64,000 nucleotides of DNA, taken from positions 12,834,001 through 12,898,000 of the forward strand of contig NC_086108.1 of NCBI RefSeq assembly GCF_963921235.1. The letters are read 5' to 3'. Both the position numbers and the translations under genes were made by a program. The notes under the pieces are model-generated. The model had not been told where the DNA came from, made no database searches, and saw nothing but the letters and a program-made list of their open reading frames with translations. Origin of the DNA: Mobula hypostoma (lineage: Eukaryota). Below, one piece after another: positions 1-11,944 of this stretch (within the stretch, counting starts at the first letter, position 1; each line of letters opens with the position of its first letter).

Positions 1-1793
1 AATAGCCAACTGCATTGTCTTGGTCTGTTTAATGAGGGCAGTCACAGTTCGGGACTGCATTTTCCTGGTTTTTGTAATCCAACCAGAAACAATCAAGGGC
101 TCCATTCTCTTGGTCTGCATAATCCAGGCAGTATCAATTCAGGCTGTATTGTGCTGATGTGTATAATCCAGGCAATAGCTATTCAGCACTGCATTGTACT
201 GGTCTGTATAATCTGCACAGAAACAATACGAGGCTGTATTTCCCTGGTCCGTAAAATCCGGGCAGTAACAATATGGAATTGCATTGACCTGGTTTATATC
301 AGCCAACGAGTAGCAATTCCATGCTGCATTGTTTTGGTCCATATAATCCTGTCAGCAACAATTCAAGGATATGTTGTCATGATCAGTATAAATCCAGGAA
401 TAACAATTCAGAGCTGCATTGTCCTGGAGTGTACAACCCCGGTCATAGCAATGTGGGTCTGCATTGGCCAAGCAGTAACAATTCAGGACTGCACTCTCCA
501 GTTCTGTATAAACCAGGCAGTAATAATTTGGTGCTGCATTATCCTGGTGGATGTAATACAGGCAGTAAGAATTCAGGGCTGCATTGTTCTGATTTTATAA
601 TCCAGGCAGTAACAATTTGGGACTGCATTGTTCTAGTCTGCATAATTGGAGCTGTAAGAATTCGGTACTGCATTGTCCTGGACTGTATAATCAGGGCAGC
701 AAAAATTTGAGACTAATTTGTCCAGGTCTATGTAATACAAGCTGTAACAATTAGGGACTGCATTGCCTTGTTCTGTTCAATCAGGGCAGTAACAATTCAA
801 GATTGCATTGTCCATGTCTACATAAGATTGGCAGTAACAATTCATGGCCACATTGTCCTTCTCCGTGTATAATTGGTGCAGTAAATTTTTTGGATTTCAT
901 TGTCCTGGTCTGCAGGATCCTGATAGTAGCATTTCAGGGCAGCAATTTTCCTTGCCTATATAATCGGGGTAGTAACAATTCAGGATTACATTGTATTGGT
1001 CTTCATAATCAAGCCTGTAACAATTCGGGATGGCATTGCATTGGTCTGTATAATTGGGCAGTAGCAATTTGGGACTGCGTTTCCATGGTCTGTGTACTCC
1101 AGGCAGTAACAATTCAAGAGTGTGTTGTCCTGTTCTGTTTTAGCTGGGCAATAACAATTCGGGGCTGCATTGTCCAACTCTGTATAATCAGGACAGTAAC
1201 AATAAGGGAAACATTTTCCCCCAACTCTGTACAATCCAGGGTATAAAAACTCAAGGCTACATTATCCTGTTCTGAATAAGGTGTGCAGTAACAATTCAGA
1301 GCTGCATTATCCCAATCTGTGTACTCCAGGCAGTAACAATTCAAGAGTACGTTTTCCTGGTCTGTTTTAGCTGGGCAGTAACAATTCGGGGCTATACAAT
1401 ATGCACAGTAACAATCCCAGACTCCATTACCTTGATCTGCATAATCCTGGAAGTAGCAATTTAGGACTGCATTGTCCTGATCTGTATCAACTAGTCAGTA
1501 TCAACCTGGGGCTGTATTGTCAGGGTGTGTATAATCAGGCCAGTAAAAATTCAGGACTGCATTTTCCTCACCTGTATAATCAGGGCAGTAAAAATTCTGG
1601 GCTGCATTGTCCTGGGCTGTATAATCCAGGCAATATCAATTCTGGTCTGAATTGCTCTGCTGTATATAATCCAGTCAGTAAAAATTCGAGACTGCATTGT
1701 CCTGGTCTGTACAATCCGCGGAGTAACAATCTGGGACTGCATCATCTTGGCCTGCATAATCCAGGCAGTAACAATTCGGGATTGCACTGTACC

Positions 1794-2094
1794 AGTCCAG
1801 AATCAGAGGCCACAGTTTAAGAATAAGGGGTAGAGCATTTAGAATGGAGTTGAGGAAAAACTTTTTCACACAGGGGGGTTGTGGATCTGTGGAATGCTCT
1901 GCCAAAGAAGGCAGTAGAGGCCAATTCTCTGGATTCTTTCAAGAAAGAGTTAGATAGAGCCCTTAAAGATAGCAAAGTCAAGGGATATGGGGAGAAGGCA
2001 GGAACAGGGTACTGATTGTGGATGATCAGCCATGATCACAGTGAGTGGTGGTGCTGGCTCGAAGGACTGAATGGCCTTCACCTATTGTCTATTG
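1794..2094 (+). mobile_element. CR1-clade LINE, 5'-truncated 3' fragment (~300 bp) inserted in satellite A
   Basis: Encodes RGHSLRIRGRAFRMELRKNFFTQ, matching the C-terminus of the intact CR1 ORF at 53988-56054 (RGHSLRIEGKPFRTEIRKNFFTQRVVNLWNSLP). Followed by a similar 3' UTR (GATGATCAGCCATGATCA...CTCGAAGGACTGAATGGCCT) and a short CTATTGT-repeat tail. Boundaries are approximate. Confidence 0.9.
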
Positions 2095-3476
2095 TATCAA
2101 CTAGTCAGTAACTATTCAGGGCTACATTGTCAGGGCATGTATAATCAGGGCAGAAACAATTCAGTGCTGCGTTGTCCTCCAGTTCTTTACAATTCACATA
2201 GTAACAATTCAGTGCTGCATTTTCCAGGTCCGAATAAACTTGGCAGTAACAATTCAGGGCTGAATTGTCCTGCTCTGCATAGTTCAGGTAGTAAAGTTTG
2301 GGACTGCATTTTCCTCACCTGTATAATCTGCTCAGTAACAATTCAGGGCTGCATTATCCTGGTCTGTACAATCCACGTAGTAGCAATCCAGGACTGCATT
2401 TTCTTGGACTGCATAATCCAGGTAGTAGTTATTTGGGACTGCATTGTCTGTTCCGTATCAACTAGTCAGTAACTAGTCCTGGTCTGTATATATCGGGACA
2501 ATAACAATTAGTGACTGCATTGCCCAGTCTGTATAAACCAAGCAGTAACAATTCGGTGCTGCATTGTCCTGGACTTTATAATTGGGGCAGTAACCATTTG
2601 TTGCTATATTGTCCTCCTAGTCTGTTCAACCCTGGGTAGTAAGGGCTGCATTGCCCTGGTCTGTTTAATCTGAGCGATAACCATTTTTGGCTGCATTCTG
2701 GTCTGTATAAACCAGGCAGTTACAATTTGGTGCTAAATTGTCCTGGGCTGTATAGTTCAGCAGTAACAATTCAAGACTATATTGTCCTGGTTTTTATAAT
2801 TGGTCAGTAATAATCCGGAGCTGCTTTGTCCTGGTCCACATAAACCAGGCAGTAACAATTTGGTCTGAGTTATCCTGGTCTGTATCATCATGGCAGTAAC
2901 AATTCATGTATCATTGTCCAAGTCTGTATAATCCTGACAGAAACAATTCAGGACTGCATTGTCCTGGTGTGTATAATCAAGGTAATAACAATTCGTGTCT
3001 GAATTGTCTGGTCTGTATCATCATGGCGGTAACAATTCAGGGATGAATTGTCCTGGTCTGTACAATCTGGACAGTCACAATTCGGGACTGCATTGTCCTG
3101 GTCTGTACAATCTGGACAGTCACAATTCGGAACACCATTTTCCTCACCTGTATAATCGGGGCAGTAACAATTTGGGACTGCATTGTTCAGGTCTCTATAA
3201 TCAAGGCAGTTGCAAATTGTGTCTGTATTGTCCTGGTCTAAATAAGCTTGGCAGTAACAATTCAGGTTTGCCTTATCTAGGTCTGTATAATACCAGCAAT
3301 AAGCATTCAGGGCTGTATTGTCCTATATAAACCAGGCAGTAACAATTCAGAACTGCATTGTAACGTCTGTATAATCTGGACAATCACACTACTGGGCTGC
3401 GTTGTACTGGTCTGTATAATCCCATCAGTAACAATTTATGGCTGCATTATCCTATTCTGTATAAACCAGTAATAAC

Positions 3477-4040
3477 TGTCAGTACCTTGAGTTGAACTCT
3501 GTCTTTTTGTGTGTTTCCCCCCGCCATCATTCTGTGTTTTTGTATTGCCATGTGCTCTTGTTTGTTTTCATGCCCATGTGCTCCTGTCCCTGTCCCTGCT
3601 CTACTCCAGCCCCTGTATTACTGAGTACTCCATCTCTCACCTGTTTCTCATTATTACCTGTTTTGCTGCCACCTGTGTCTCATTGTGCTCCACCTATCAT
3701 CTGCCTCCCTGCTTATTGCTCGGTGTATTTCAGTCCTGTGTTTTGTCAGATTGTGCCAGTGAGTTTTTCTCAGCCTTTCCAGCATTCATATATAAACTCT
3801 GTCCTTCTGAGTATCGAACCTGCCTATTTGCTGACCCTCATTTCACCTGCTTATCTTGGTTGTTCTGGTTTTTGACTCTGCCTGTTTCCTAATTCTGATT
3901 TTTGGATTTCTCTGGATTTTTTGATCTCCACCTGAACTTTGACGCCGGCTTTGTTGCCCCTCTGGATTTGTTACTCAGGAAATATCACAGTGTGCTCAGT
4001 ACTTGATCTGCGATTGGGTCCCTGCTCCAGCGCCCTGACA
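3477..4040. mobile_element. Solo LTR of an LTR retrotransposon or endogenous retrovirus (564 bp); superfamily not determined
   Basis: Begins TGTCAG and ends CTGACA (TG...CA termini, 6-bp terminal inverted repeat). Flanked by the perfect direct repeat AATAAC (3471-3476 and 4041-4046). Removing it restores a satellite A monomer. No coding capacity recognised. Confidence 0.85.
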
Positions 4041-7000
4041 AATAACAATTTGGCACTGAATTATCCTGGGCTGTATCGTCATAGTGATAACAATTTGGGG
4101 TTGCATTGTCCTGGTCTGTATAATCGGGGGCAGAAACAGTTTGGGACAGAAATGTCCTGGTCTGCATAATACCAGCAATAACCATTTGGGGCTGCATTGT
4201 CCCGATCTGTATAAACCAGTAAGTAACAGTTCGTCCTGGATTGTGTAGTCTGGGCAGCAACAATGCGAGGCTTCAAAGCCCTGCTCTGTACAATCCAAGC
4301 AGTAATAATTCAGGGCTGCATTTTCATGGCCTGTATAACCCAGGCAGCAGCAATTTGAGATTGCATTGTGCTGGTCTGTATAATTGGGGCAGTAAAATTT
4401 TCGGACTGCATTGTCCTGGTCCGTATAATTCTGGTAGTAACAAATCGCGTCTATAGTGTCCTGGTCAATGTAGTCCCCACAATAACAATTTGGGGCTGCC
4501 TTATCTAGGTCTGTGCAATACCTGCAATGATCATTCGGGGCTGCACTGTCCAGGTCTGTATAATAGGGGCAATAACAATTCGAGTCTGAATTGTCCTGTC
4601 TGTGTCATCAATTCAGGCAGTAACAAATTGAGACTGCACTGTCCTTGTCTGTATAATCCAGGCAGAACTGATTTGGTGCTGCATTGTCCTGGTCTGTATA
4701 ATCAGGTCAGTAACAATTCGGGACCGCATTGTCCTGGCCAGTACAATCCTGTTAGAACCAACGCAGGGCTGCAGTACTCTGCTCTATATAATCCAGTCAG
4801 TACCAATTTGGGGCTGATTTGTTCTTGTCTGCATAATACAGGCAGTAACAATTCCAGACTGCATTGCCCTTGTCTGTATACAATTTGAGACTGTGTTTTC
4901 CTGGACTGTATAATCCAAGCAGTAACAATTAGGGGCTGCATTGTCCAAGGTGCATAATCTGGGAATGTAACAATTCGGGACTGCTTTATATTGTCTGTGT
5001 AATCTGGACATTAACAATTCGTGACTGCATTATCCTGATCTGTAACAATTTGAGGCTGCATTGTGCTGGGTTGAATGATCCAAGCATTAGCAATTCAAGA
5101 CTGTCTTGTCTAGGTCTGTGTAGTCCACGCAGTAAAAATTCGGGACTACATTGTCCTAGTCTGCATAATTGGGGCAGTAACAATTTGAGACTATATTGTC
5201 CTTGTCTGTGTCAACAGGGCAGTAACAATTCGGGCCAGTATTTTCATGGTCTGTCTAATCCAGGCAGTAACAATTCAGGGCTGCATTGTCCTTGACTATA
5301 TAATCACGGCAGTGAAACTTCAGGGATGCATTGTCCTGGTCTGTGTAAACTGGGCAGTAACTGTTAGGGACAGTATTGCCCTGGTCTGTATAATACAGGC
5401 AGTAACAATTTGGGACTGACTTGTCGTGGGTCTGTATAATCCAGGCAGTAACAATTAGTAACTGGATTGTCCTGGTCTGAATACTCCAGGCAGTAACAAT
5501 TCAGCCTGCATTATCCTGGTCTGTATAGTCCAGGCAGTAACAATTTGGCCTACATTGTCCTGGTCTGTATAGTCCAGGCAGTAACAATTCGGCCTACATT
5601 GTCCTAGTCTCTATAGTCCAGGCATTAACAATTCAGCCTGCATTATCCTGGTCTGTTTACTCCAGGCAGTAACAATTCTGGGCTGCATTGTCCTAGTCTG
5701 TATAGTCCAGGCAGTAACAATTCGGCCTACATTGTCCTGGTCTGTATAGTCCAGGCAGTAACAATTCGGCCTACATTGTCCTAGTCTGTATAGTCCAGGC
5801 ATTAACAATTCAGCCTGCATTATCCTGGTCTGTATACTCCAGGCAGTAACCATTCAGCCTACATTGTCCTAGTCTGTATAATCCAGGCAGTAACAATTCA
5901 GCCTACATTGTCCTGGTCTGTATAGTCCAGGCAGTAACAATTCAGGGCTGCATTATCATGGTCTGTATAGTCCAGGCAGTAACAATTCAGCCTACATTGT
6001 CCTGGTCTGTATAGTCCAGGCAGTAACAATTCGGCTTGCATTGTCATGGTCTGTATAGTCCAGGCAGTAACAATTTGGCCTACATTATCTTGGTCTGTAT
6101 AGTCCAGGCAGTAACAATTCAGCCTACATTATCTTGGTCTGTATAGTCCAGGCAGTAACAATTCGGCTTGCATTGTCATGGTCTGTATAGTCCAGGCAGT
6201 AACAATTCGGCCTACATTATCTTGGTCTGTATAGTCCAGGCAGTAACAATTCAGCCTACATTGTCCTGGTCTGTATAGTCCAGGCAGTAACAATTCGGCC
6301 TACATTGTCCTGGTCTGTATAGTCCAGGCAGTAACAATTCGGCCTACATTGTCCTGGTCTGTATAGTCCAGGCAGTAACAATTCGGCCTACATTATCTTG
6401 GTCTGTATAGTCCAGGCAGTAATAATTCAGCCTACATTATCCTGGTCTGTATAGTCCAGGCAGTAACAATTCGGCCTACATTATCTTGGTCTGTATAGTC
6501 CAGGCAGTAACAATTCGGCTTGAATTGTCATGGTCTGTATAGTCCAGGCAGTAACAATTCAGCCTACATTGTCCTGGTCTGTATAGTCCAGGCAGTAATA
6601 ATTCAGGGCTGCATTATCATGGTCTGTATAGTCCAGGCAGTAACAATTCAGCCTACATTGTCCTGGTCTGTATAGTCCAGGCAGTAACAATTCGGCTTGC
6701 ATTGTCATGGTTTGTATAGTCCAGGCAGTAACAATTCTGGGCTGCATTGTCCTAGTCTGTATAGTCCAGGCAGTAACAATTCGGCTTGCATTGTCATGGT
6801 CTGTATAGTCCAGGCAGTAACAATTCGGCCTACATTGTCCTAGTCTGTATAGTCCAGGCAGTAACAATTCTGGGCTGCATTGTCCTAGTCTGTATAGTCC
6901 AGGCAGTAACAATTCGGCCTACATTATCTTGGTCTGTATAGTCCAGGCAGTAACAATTCAGCCTACATTGTCCTGGTCTGTATAGTCCAGGCAGTAACAA

Positions 7001-8665
7001 TTCGGCCTACATTATCTTGGTCTGTATAGTCCAGGCAGTAACAATTCGGCTTGCATTGTCATGGTCTGTATAGTCCAGGCAGTAACAATTCGGCCTACAT
7101 TATCTTGGTCTGTATAGTCCAGGCAGTAACAATTCAGCCTACATTGTCCTGGTCTGTATAGTCCAGGCAGTAACAATTCGGCTTGAATTGTCATGGTCTG
7201 TATAGTCCAGGCAGTAACAATTCAGCCTACATTGTCCTGGTCTGTATAGTCCAGGCAGTAATAATTCAGGGCTGCATTATCATGGTCTGTATAGTCCAGG
7301 CAGTAACAATTCAGCCTACATTGTCCTAGTCTGTATAGTCCAGGCAGTAACAATTCTGGGCTGCATTGTCCTAGTCTGTATAGTCCAGGCAGTAACAATT
7401 CGGCTTGCATTGTCATGGTCTGTATAGTCCAGGCAGTAACAATTCGGCCTACATTGTCCTAGACTGTATAGTCCAGGCAGTAACAATTCTGGGCTGCATT
7501 GTCCTAGTCTGTATAGTCCAGGCAGTAACAATTCGGCCTACATTATCTTGGTCTGTATAGTCCAGGCAGTAACAATTCGGCCTACATTATCTTGGTCTGT
7601 ATAGTCCAGGCAGTAACAATTCAGCCTACATTATCTTGGTCTGTATAGTCCAGGCAGTAACAACTCAGCCTACATTATCTTGGTCTGTATAGTCCAGGCA
7701 GTAACAATTCGGCCTACATTGTCCTGGTCTGTATAGTCCAGGCAGTAACAATTCGGCCTACATTATCTTGGTCTGTATAGTCCAGGCAGTAACAATTCAG
7801 CCTACATTGTCCTGGTCTGTATAGTCCAGGCAGTAACAATTCGGCCTACATTATCTTGGTCTGTATAGTCCAGGCAGTAACAATTCGGCTTGCATTGTCA
7901 TGGTCTGTATAGTCCAGGCAGTAATAATTCAGGGCTGCATTATCATGGTCTGTATAGTCCAGGCAGTAACAATTCAGCCTACATTGTCCTGGTCTGTATA
8001 GTCCAGGCAGTAATAATTCAGGGCTGCATTATCATGGTCTGTATAGTCCAGGCAGTAACAATTCAGCCTACATTGTCCTGGTCTGTATAGTCCAGGCAGT
8101 AACAATTCTGGGCTGCATTGTCCTAGTCTGTATAGTCCAGGCAGTAACAATTCGGCTTGCATTGTCATGGTCTGTATAGTCCAGGCAGTAACAATTCGGC
8201 TTGCATTGTCCTGGTCTGTATAGTCCAGGCAGTAACAATTCGGCCTACATTGTCCTAGTCTGTATAGTCCAGGCAGTAACAATTCTGGGCTGCATTGTCC
8301 TAGTCTGTATAGTCCAGGCAGTAACAATTCGGCCTACATTATCTTGGTCTGTATAGTCCAGGCAGTAACAATTCGGCCTACATTATCTTGGTCTGTATAG
8401 TCCAGGCAGTAACAATTCAGCCTACATTATCTTGGTCTGTATAGTCCAGGCAGTAACAATTCGGCCTACATTGTCCTGGTCTGTATAGTCCAGGCAGTAA
8501 CAATTCGGCCTACATTATCTTGGTCTGTATAGTCCAGGCAGTAACAATTCAGCCTACACTATCTTGGTCTGTATTGTCCAGGCAGTAACAATTCGGCCTA
8601 CATTATCTTGGTCTGTAAGTCCAGGCAGTAACAATTCGGCCTGCATTGTCCTGGTCCATGGAAGC

Positions 8666-9093
8666 CAAAGTTCAAAGTAAATTTATTATCGAAGTACATA
8701 TATGTCACCATATATAACTCTGATATTCACTTTCTTGCAGGCAATATTAATAAATCCATCATAGACTAATAACTTTAATAGAATCAATGAAAGATCGCCC
8801 AGCTTTGGCGTTCAACCAGAGTGCAGAAGACAACAAATTGTGCAAATACAAAAGGAAAGAACTAATAATAATAAATGACTAATAAATATCAAAAACATGA
8901 GATGAAGAGTCCTTGACAGTAAGTTAACTGATGGTGGAAACTTTTCAATGATGCGGCAAGTGAAATTATCCCCTTTGGTTTAAGACCTTGATGTTTGAGG
9001 GATAATTACCGTTCCTAATCCTGGTGGTGTGAGTCCTGAGGCTCTTAGACCACCTTCTCAGGTGGCAGCAGTGAAAATAGAGCATGACCTGGG
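8666..9093 (-). mobile_element. Rex1/Babar-clade non-LTR retrotransposon, decayed 3' fragment
   Basis: Homologous to 10281-10700 (shared AAAGTTCAA.GTAAATTTATTATC end, ACATGAGATGAAGAGTCCTTGA, GTGAAATTATCCC). Minus strand reads PGHALFSLLPPEKVV..., a degenerate version of the HxLFxLLPSGRRYRS motif of Rex1/Babar RT C-termini. Confidence 0.78.
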
Positions 9094-9534
9094 AGGTTCA
9101 CAGGGTCAAGCAGCCTGATAGGTATCCTTATTCTGTGTGCCAACATTCGGTGGGACTGTGGTTTCTGTCGCGTGCTCCCTTAGTTTCAATGCTTGGGAGT
9201 TCATTATTCAATTGTGCATAGTCTGGCTCTGTGTTTCTCATGGTTTGCATAATTTATGGTGCTATATTTCATTTTGTGGATGTCTATTTTCTGTCTGTGA
9301 ACTGTGGAGAAGTGACATTAAACCTGGTCTATATGCTCAGAGCATAACATTTTATAGTACCAGTGACCAGATTCAATTCTGGCCGTTTTCCGTAGTGGAG
9401 TTTGTACTTTCTGCCTATGACCATGTGGGGTTCCTCCAGAGGCTCCAGTGTCCTTGCACAGTCCAAGGACGTATCAGTTGGTCATTGTAAATTGTCCTCT
9501 GATTGGGCTAGGATTGAATCAGAGGATTGCTGCG

Positions 9535-9600
9535 TGACGCAGCTCGAAGGGCCAGAAGAGCCTGTTGAACACCATATCACAATAATAAAGAAATAAATAA
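9535..9600 (+). mobile_element. Probable CR1-type 3' UTR remnant with (TAAA)n-like tail
   Basis: GCAGCTCGAAGGGCCAGAAGAGCCTGTT resembles the CTCGAAGGGCCGAATGGCCT 3' UTR motif of other CR1 copies in this window, followed by AATAATAAAGAAATAAATAA. Very short. Confidence 0.45.
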
Positions 9601-9724
9601 GCTGGGTCTCTGTCCAGTTGTTTACAAGCACTCCCTGTGTGAGGAACACTAGCAAGGTAGCCTGATCAAGATTTTTAGCAATTGGTCAGTGCTTCACATT
9701 CATCTCTGCGGCATCCCATGTGCC

Positions 9725-10075
9725 ATTTCCCTTTGCTCCGCTGCCTCCATCTGCCCTGCCTCTCCCCTACACCTGCCTGTCCTCTCCCTCGACACCTCTC
9801 TGTCCCTTCCTTCCCTATCTTTCCCCTCCGCCTCTCCTTCCTGCTCCTCCCCCTCCCTCTTCCACCTTCCACACCGCTCTTTCTCCCCATCTCCCTATCT
9901 CCCCTCCCCTTCTCTCTCGCTCCTCCCCTCCCCCTCCTTTCCCTCCCTTCTCCTCCCTCTTCTCACAAACCCCTCTTTCTTTTGAACGCAATATCTTTTT
10001 CTCTGTTTTATCTCTCTTTCTGTCTTTCCCCTTCCTTCCCCCTCCCCCCTTCCCCACACACCCCTGACCCCTTTC
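9725..10075 (+). repeat. Low-complexity polypyrimidine (C/T-rich) tract, ~350 bp
   Basis: Almost exclusively C and T on the + strand (e.g. CCCCTCCCCTTCTCTCTCGCTCCTCCCCTCCCCCTCCTTT). Ends ~50 nt upstream of the splice acceptor at 10126-10127. Confidence 0.93.
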
Positions 10076-10127
10076 GAGGCTCTAGTTTGCTCTGGGTTTC
10101 TGATACTGTGCTTGTATGTTTTGACAG

Positions 10128-10198
10128 GATGAAGGTGTGTGGTGCTTCGTGCTGCAGAGGATGGGCATCCGGACCGCAGGCCGGAAGGTGCATGAAAC
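10128..10198 (+). CDS. Internal coding exon (71 nt) of an LTBP/fibrillin-superfamily gene, most likely an LTBP paralogue (N-terminal four-Cys motif preceding the first EGF-like domain)
   Basis: Acceptor TGTATGTTTTGACAG and consensus donor GTAAGT; phase 2 start, phase 1 end. Translation MKVCGASCCRGWASGPQAGRCMK(P) fits the pattern VCGxxCCxGWxxxxxxxxCxKP that I recall for LTBP1 (VNVCGGRCCHGWSKAPGSQRCTKP) and LTBP2. I also recall a 71-nt second exon in human LTBP1/2 (from memory, not checked). The paralogue cannot be assigned, so no symbol is given. Confidence 0.82.
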
Positions 10199-10280
10199 GT
10201 AAGTACCCTTTGAAGTGTTGAGTGTTGGCTGGGGTAGGATCAATGCACTGCAACCAGTCCGGTAGGCTGCTCAGGCCGTC

Positions 10281-11029
10281 CAAAGTTCAATGTAAATTTA
10301 TTATCCAAGTACATACAGTATATGCCACCATGTACAACTGTGGGATTCAGCAAATATATAGAATACGAACCATAACAGAATCAATGAAAGACTGCTCAAT
10401 TACGGCATTCAATCAGAATGCAAAAGACAACAGATTGTGTAAATACAAAAGTATGAAATAATAATAATTAATTAATAAGCAATGAATGTCAGGAACATGA
10501 GATGAAGAGTCCTTGAAAGTGAGTTCATTGGTTGTTGGAACATTTCAATAATGGGGCAGGTGAAGTTTAGTGAAATTATCCCATTTGGTTCAAGAGCCTG
10601 ATGGTTGAGGGGCAATAATTGCTCCTGAACCTGGTGGTATGGGTCCTGAGGCTCCTGTACCTTCTTCCCAATGGCAACAGCAAGAAGAAAGCGTGACCAG
10701 GGTAATGGAGGTCCCTGATAATGGATGATGCTTTCCTGCGATATCATTACATGTAGACATGCTCAATGGTTGGGAGAGCTATACACATGATGGACTGGGC
10801 TGTATCCATTACTTTTTGAAGGATTTTCCATTCAAAGGCATTGGTGTTTCCATACCAGGCTGTGATGCAACCAGTCAAAACCCTCTCCACTACATCTATG
10901 GAAGTTTGTCAAAGTTGTAGATGTTATGCAAATGTCTACTAACTCCTAAGGAAGTAGATGGAATACCGTGCTTTCTTTGCAATTGCACACGTGCTGGGCC
11001 CAGAACAGGTCTTCCAAAATAACAACACC
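10281..11029 (-). mobile_element. Rex1/Babar-clade non-LTR retrotransposon, decayed 5'-truncated copy
   Basis: Minus strand 10740-10576 translates RRKASSIIRDLHYPGHAFFLLLPLGRRYRSLRTHTTRFRSNYCPSTIRLLNQMG*. Further upstream are GVVILEDLFWAQH and KKARYSIYFLRS (typical LGVxIxxDLxWxxH...KKAxQRLYFLR). Stops, frameshifts and deletions are present. Confidence 0.88.
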
Positions 11030-11507
11030 TGTTTAGACATTCAGACTCTCTCCTTCATTTCTGTGTTCTACACCAGTTCCCTTCCTGCTTCATCCTCTAT
11101 CAGCAGTTTGCTCTCATCCTTTCTGCCTTGCGTGTTTGTGCAGCTTCCCCTTGAACACATCTCTGCTGTTCCCATCAACAACTCCCAAAGGGAACAAATT
11201 CACATAGCGTCCTGAACTTCCAAGATTACTCATATGGTATTGTTTGAAATTTATGGCTCCTGTTCCAATCTCCCCAGAAAAGAAAAACCTTCTCTACATT
11301 CACCCTGTTGAAGTCTTTCATAATATTCAAACATTTCAGTTGCTCAGTTCTCAGTCATGACTTGTGAATGTAGTAATCAATGGAGTTTTGTGCCCAGTTG
11401 TGGATTCCACACTTCAACTGAAAGAAGAAGGGATTTTTTTTGTAATGGTTCCAGCAATGAGGGATATCAGTTGGGTGGCGAGACTACAGATTGAAAAAGA
11501 TTCCATG

Positions 11508-11940
11508 AATCAAAATACGTTTATTATCAAAGTATGTATGCAATATACAACCCTGAGATTCATCTTCCCACAGACAGCCACGAAACAAAGAAACACCCTG
11601 GAGTCCGCTCAAAGAAAAACATCAAATCCCCAACGCACAATACAGAGAACAAATCACACAAACAACAAAAATGCAAACAAAAAACATAGAATGCAGAGCA
11701 TCAAACCATCATTGAAACAGCCCAGCAATGTTCAGTTCAGTTCAATCTAGCGCTCTGTCATTCTTTGACTGCAGACCGCAGAGCCAGTCTGTCCTGATCA
11801 AAATCGCATAAAACAGCAACAATAGAAGAAGTTATCATAAACCAGAGACACATATAACATGACTGTGGAGCCTAATCCACAAACTGTATTCATTGAACCT
11901 TACCCAAGACTGCAACACCATCCTCAGACAGCAACGGGTG
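11508..11940 (-). mobile_element. Possible non-autonomous or SINE-like element sharing its 3' end with the Rex1/Babar copies
   Basis: TTTATTATCAAAGTATGTATGCAATATACAACCCTGAGATTCA matches the end of the 8666 copy (TTTATTATCGAAGTACAT...ATATATAACTCTGATATTCA), then diverges. The far boundary is uncertain. Confidence 0.45.
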
Positions 11941-11944
11941 AGAG

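Larger units (their letters stand above)
1..8656 (+). repeat. Satellite/minisatellite array A, 44/45-bp monomer (consensus ~CTGTATAGTCCAGGCAGTAACAATTCGGCCTACATTGTCCTGGT); runs off the left window edge
   Basis: Tandem periodicity is visible directly (TACATTGTCC at 6301 and 6345 = 44 bp; TCAGGGCTGCATT variants = 45 bp, giving the 15-aa periodic pseudo-ORFs NNSGLHCPGLYNPGS). Diverged over 1-~5450, nearly homogeneous over ~5480-8656. Interrupted at ~1794-2094 and 3477-4040. Confidence 0.97.

Noticed and set aside
3492..3892. Two 127-aa hydrophobic, Cys-rich ORFs
   Set aside because: They lie within the T/C-rich solo LTR, use non-ATG starts and show no recognisable domain.
139..8327. Cys/His-periodic ORFs (NNSGLHCPGLYNPGS; NCYCLDYTDQDN) resembling zinc-finger or keratin-associated proteins
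   Set aside because: These are translations of the 44/45-bp satellite in all frames and on both strands, with frequent stops and frameshifts.
9529..9543. Perfect inverted repeat GCTGCGT-G-ACGCAGC with a CRE-like TGACG core
   Set aside because: A single 7-bp-arm palindrome is expected by chance in a window this size, and it overlaps a probable retroelement remnant.
9675..10127. Pro/Leu/Ser-rich and Gly/Arg/Glu-rich ORFs, including most of the 179-aa ORF 9682-10221
   Set aside because: They arise from the stop-poor polypyrimidine tract. Only 10128-10198 has splice signals and a recognisable motif.
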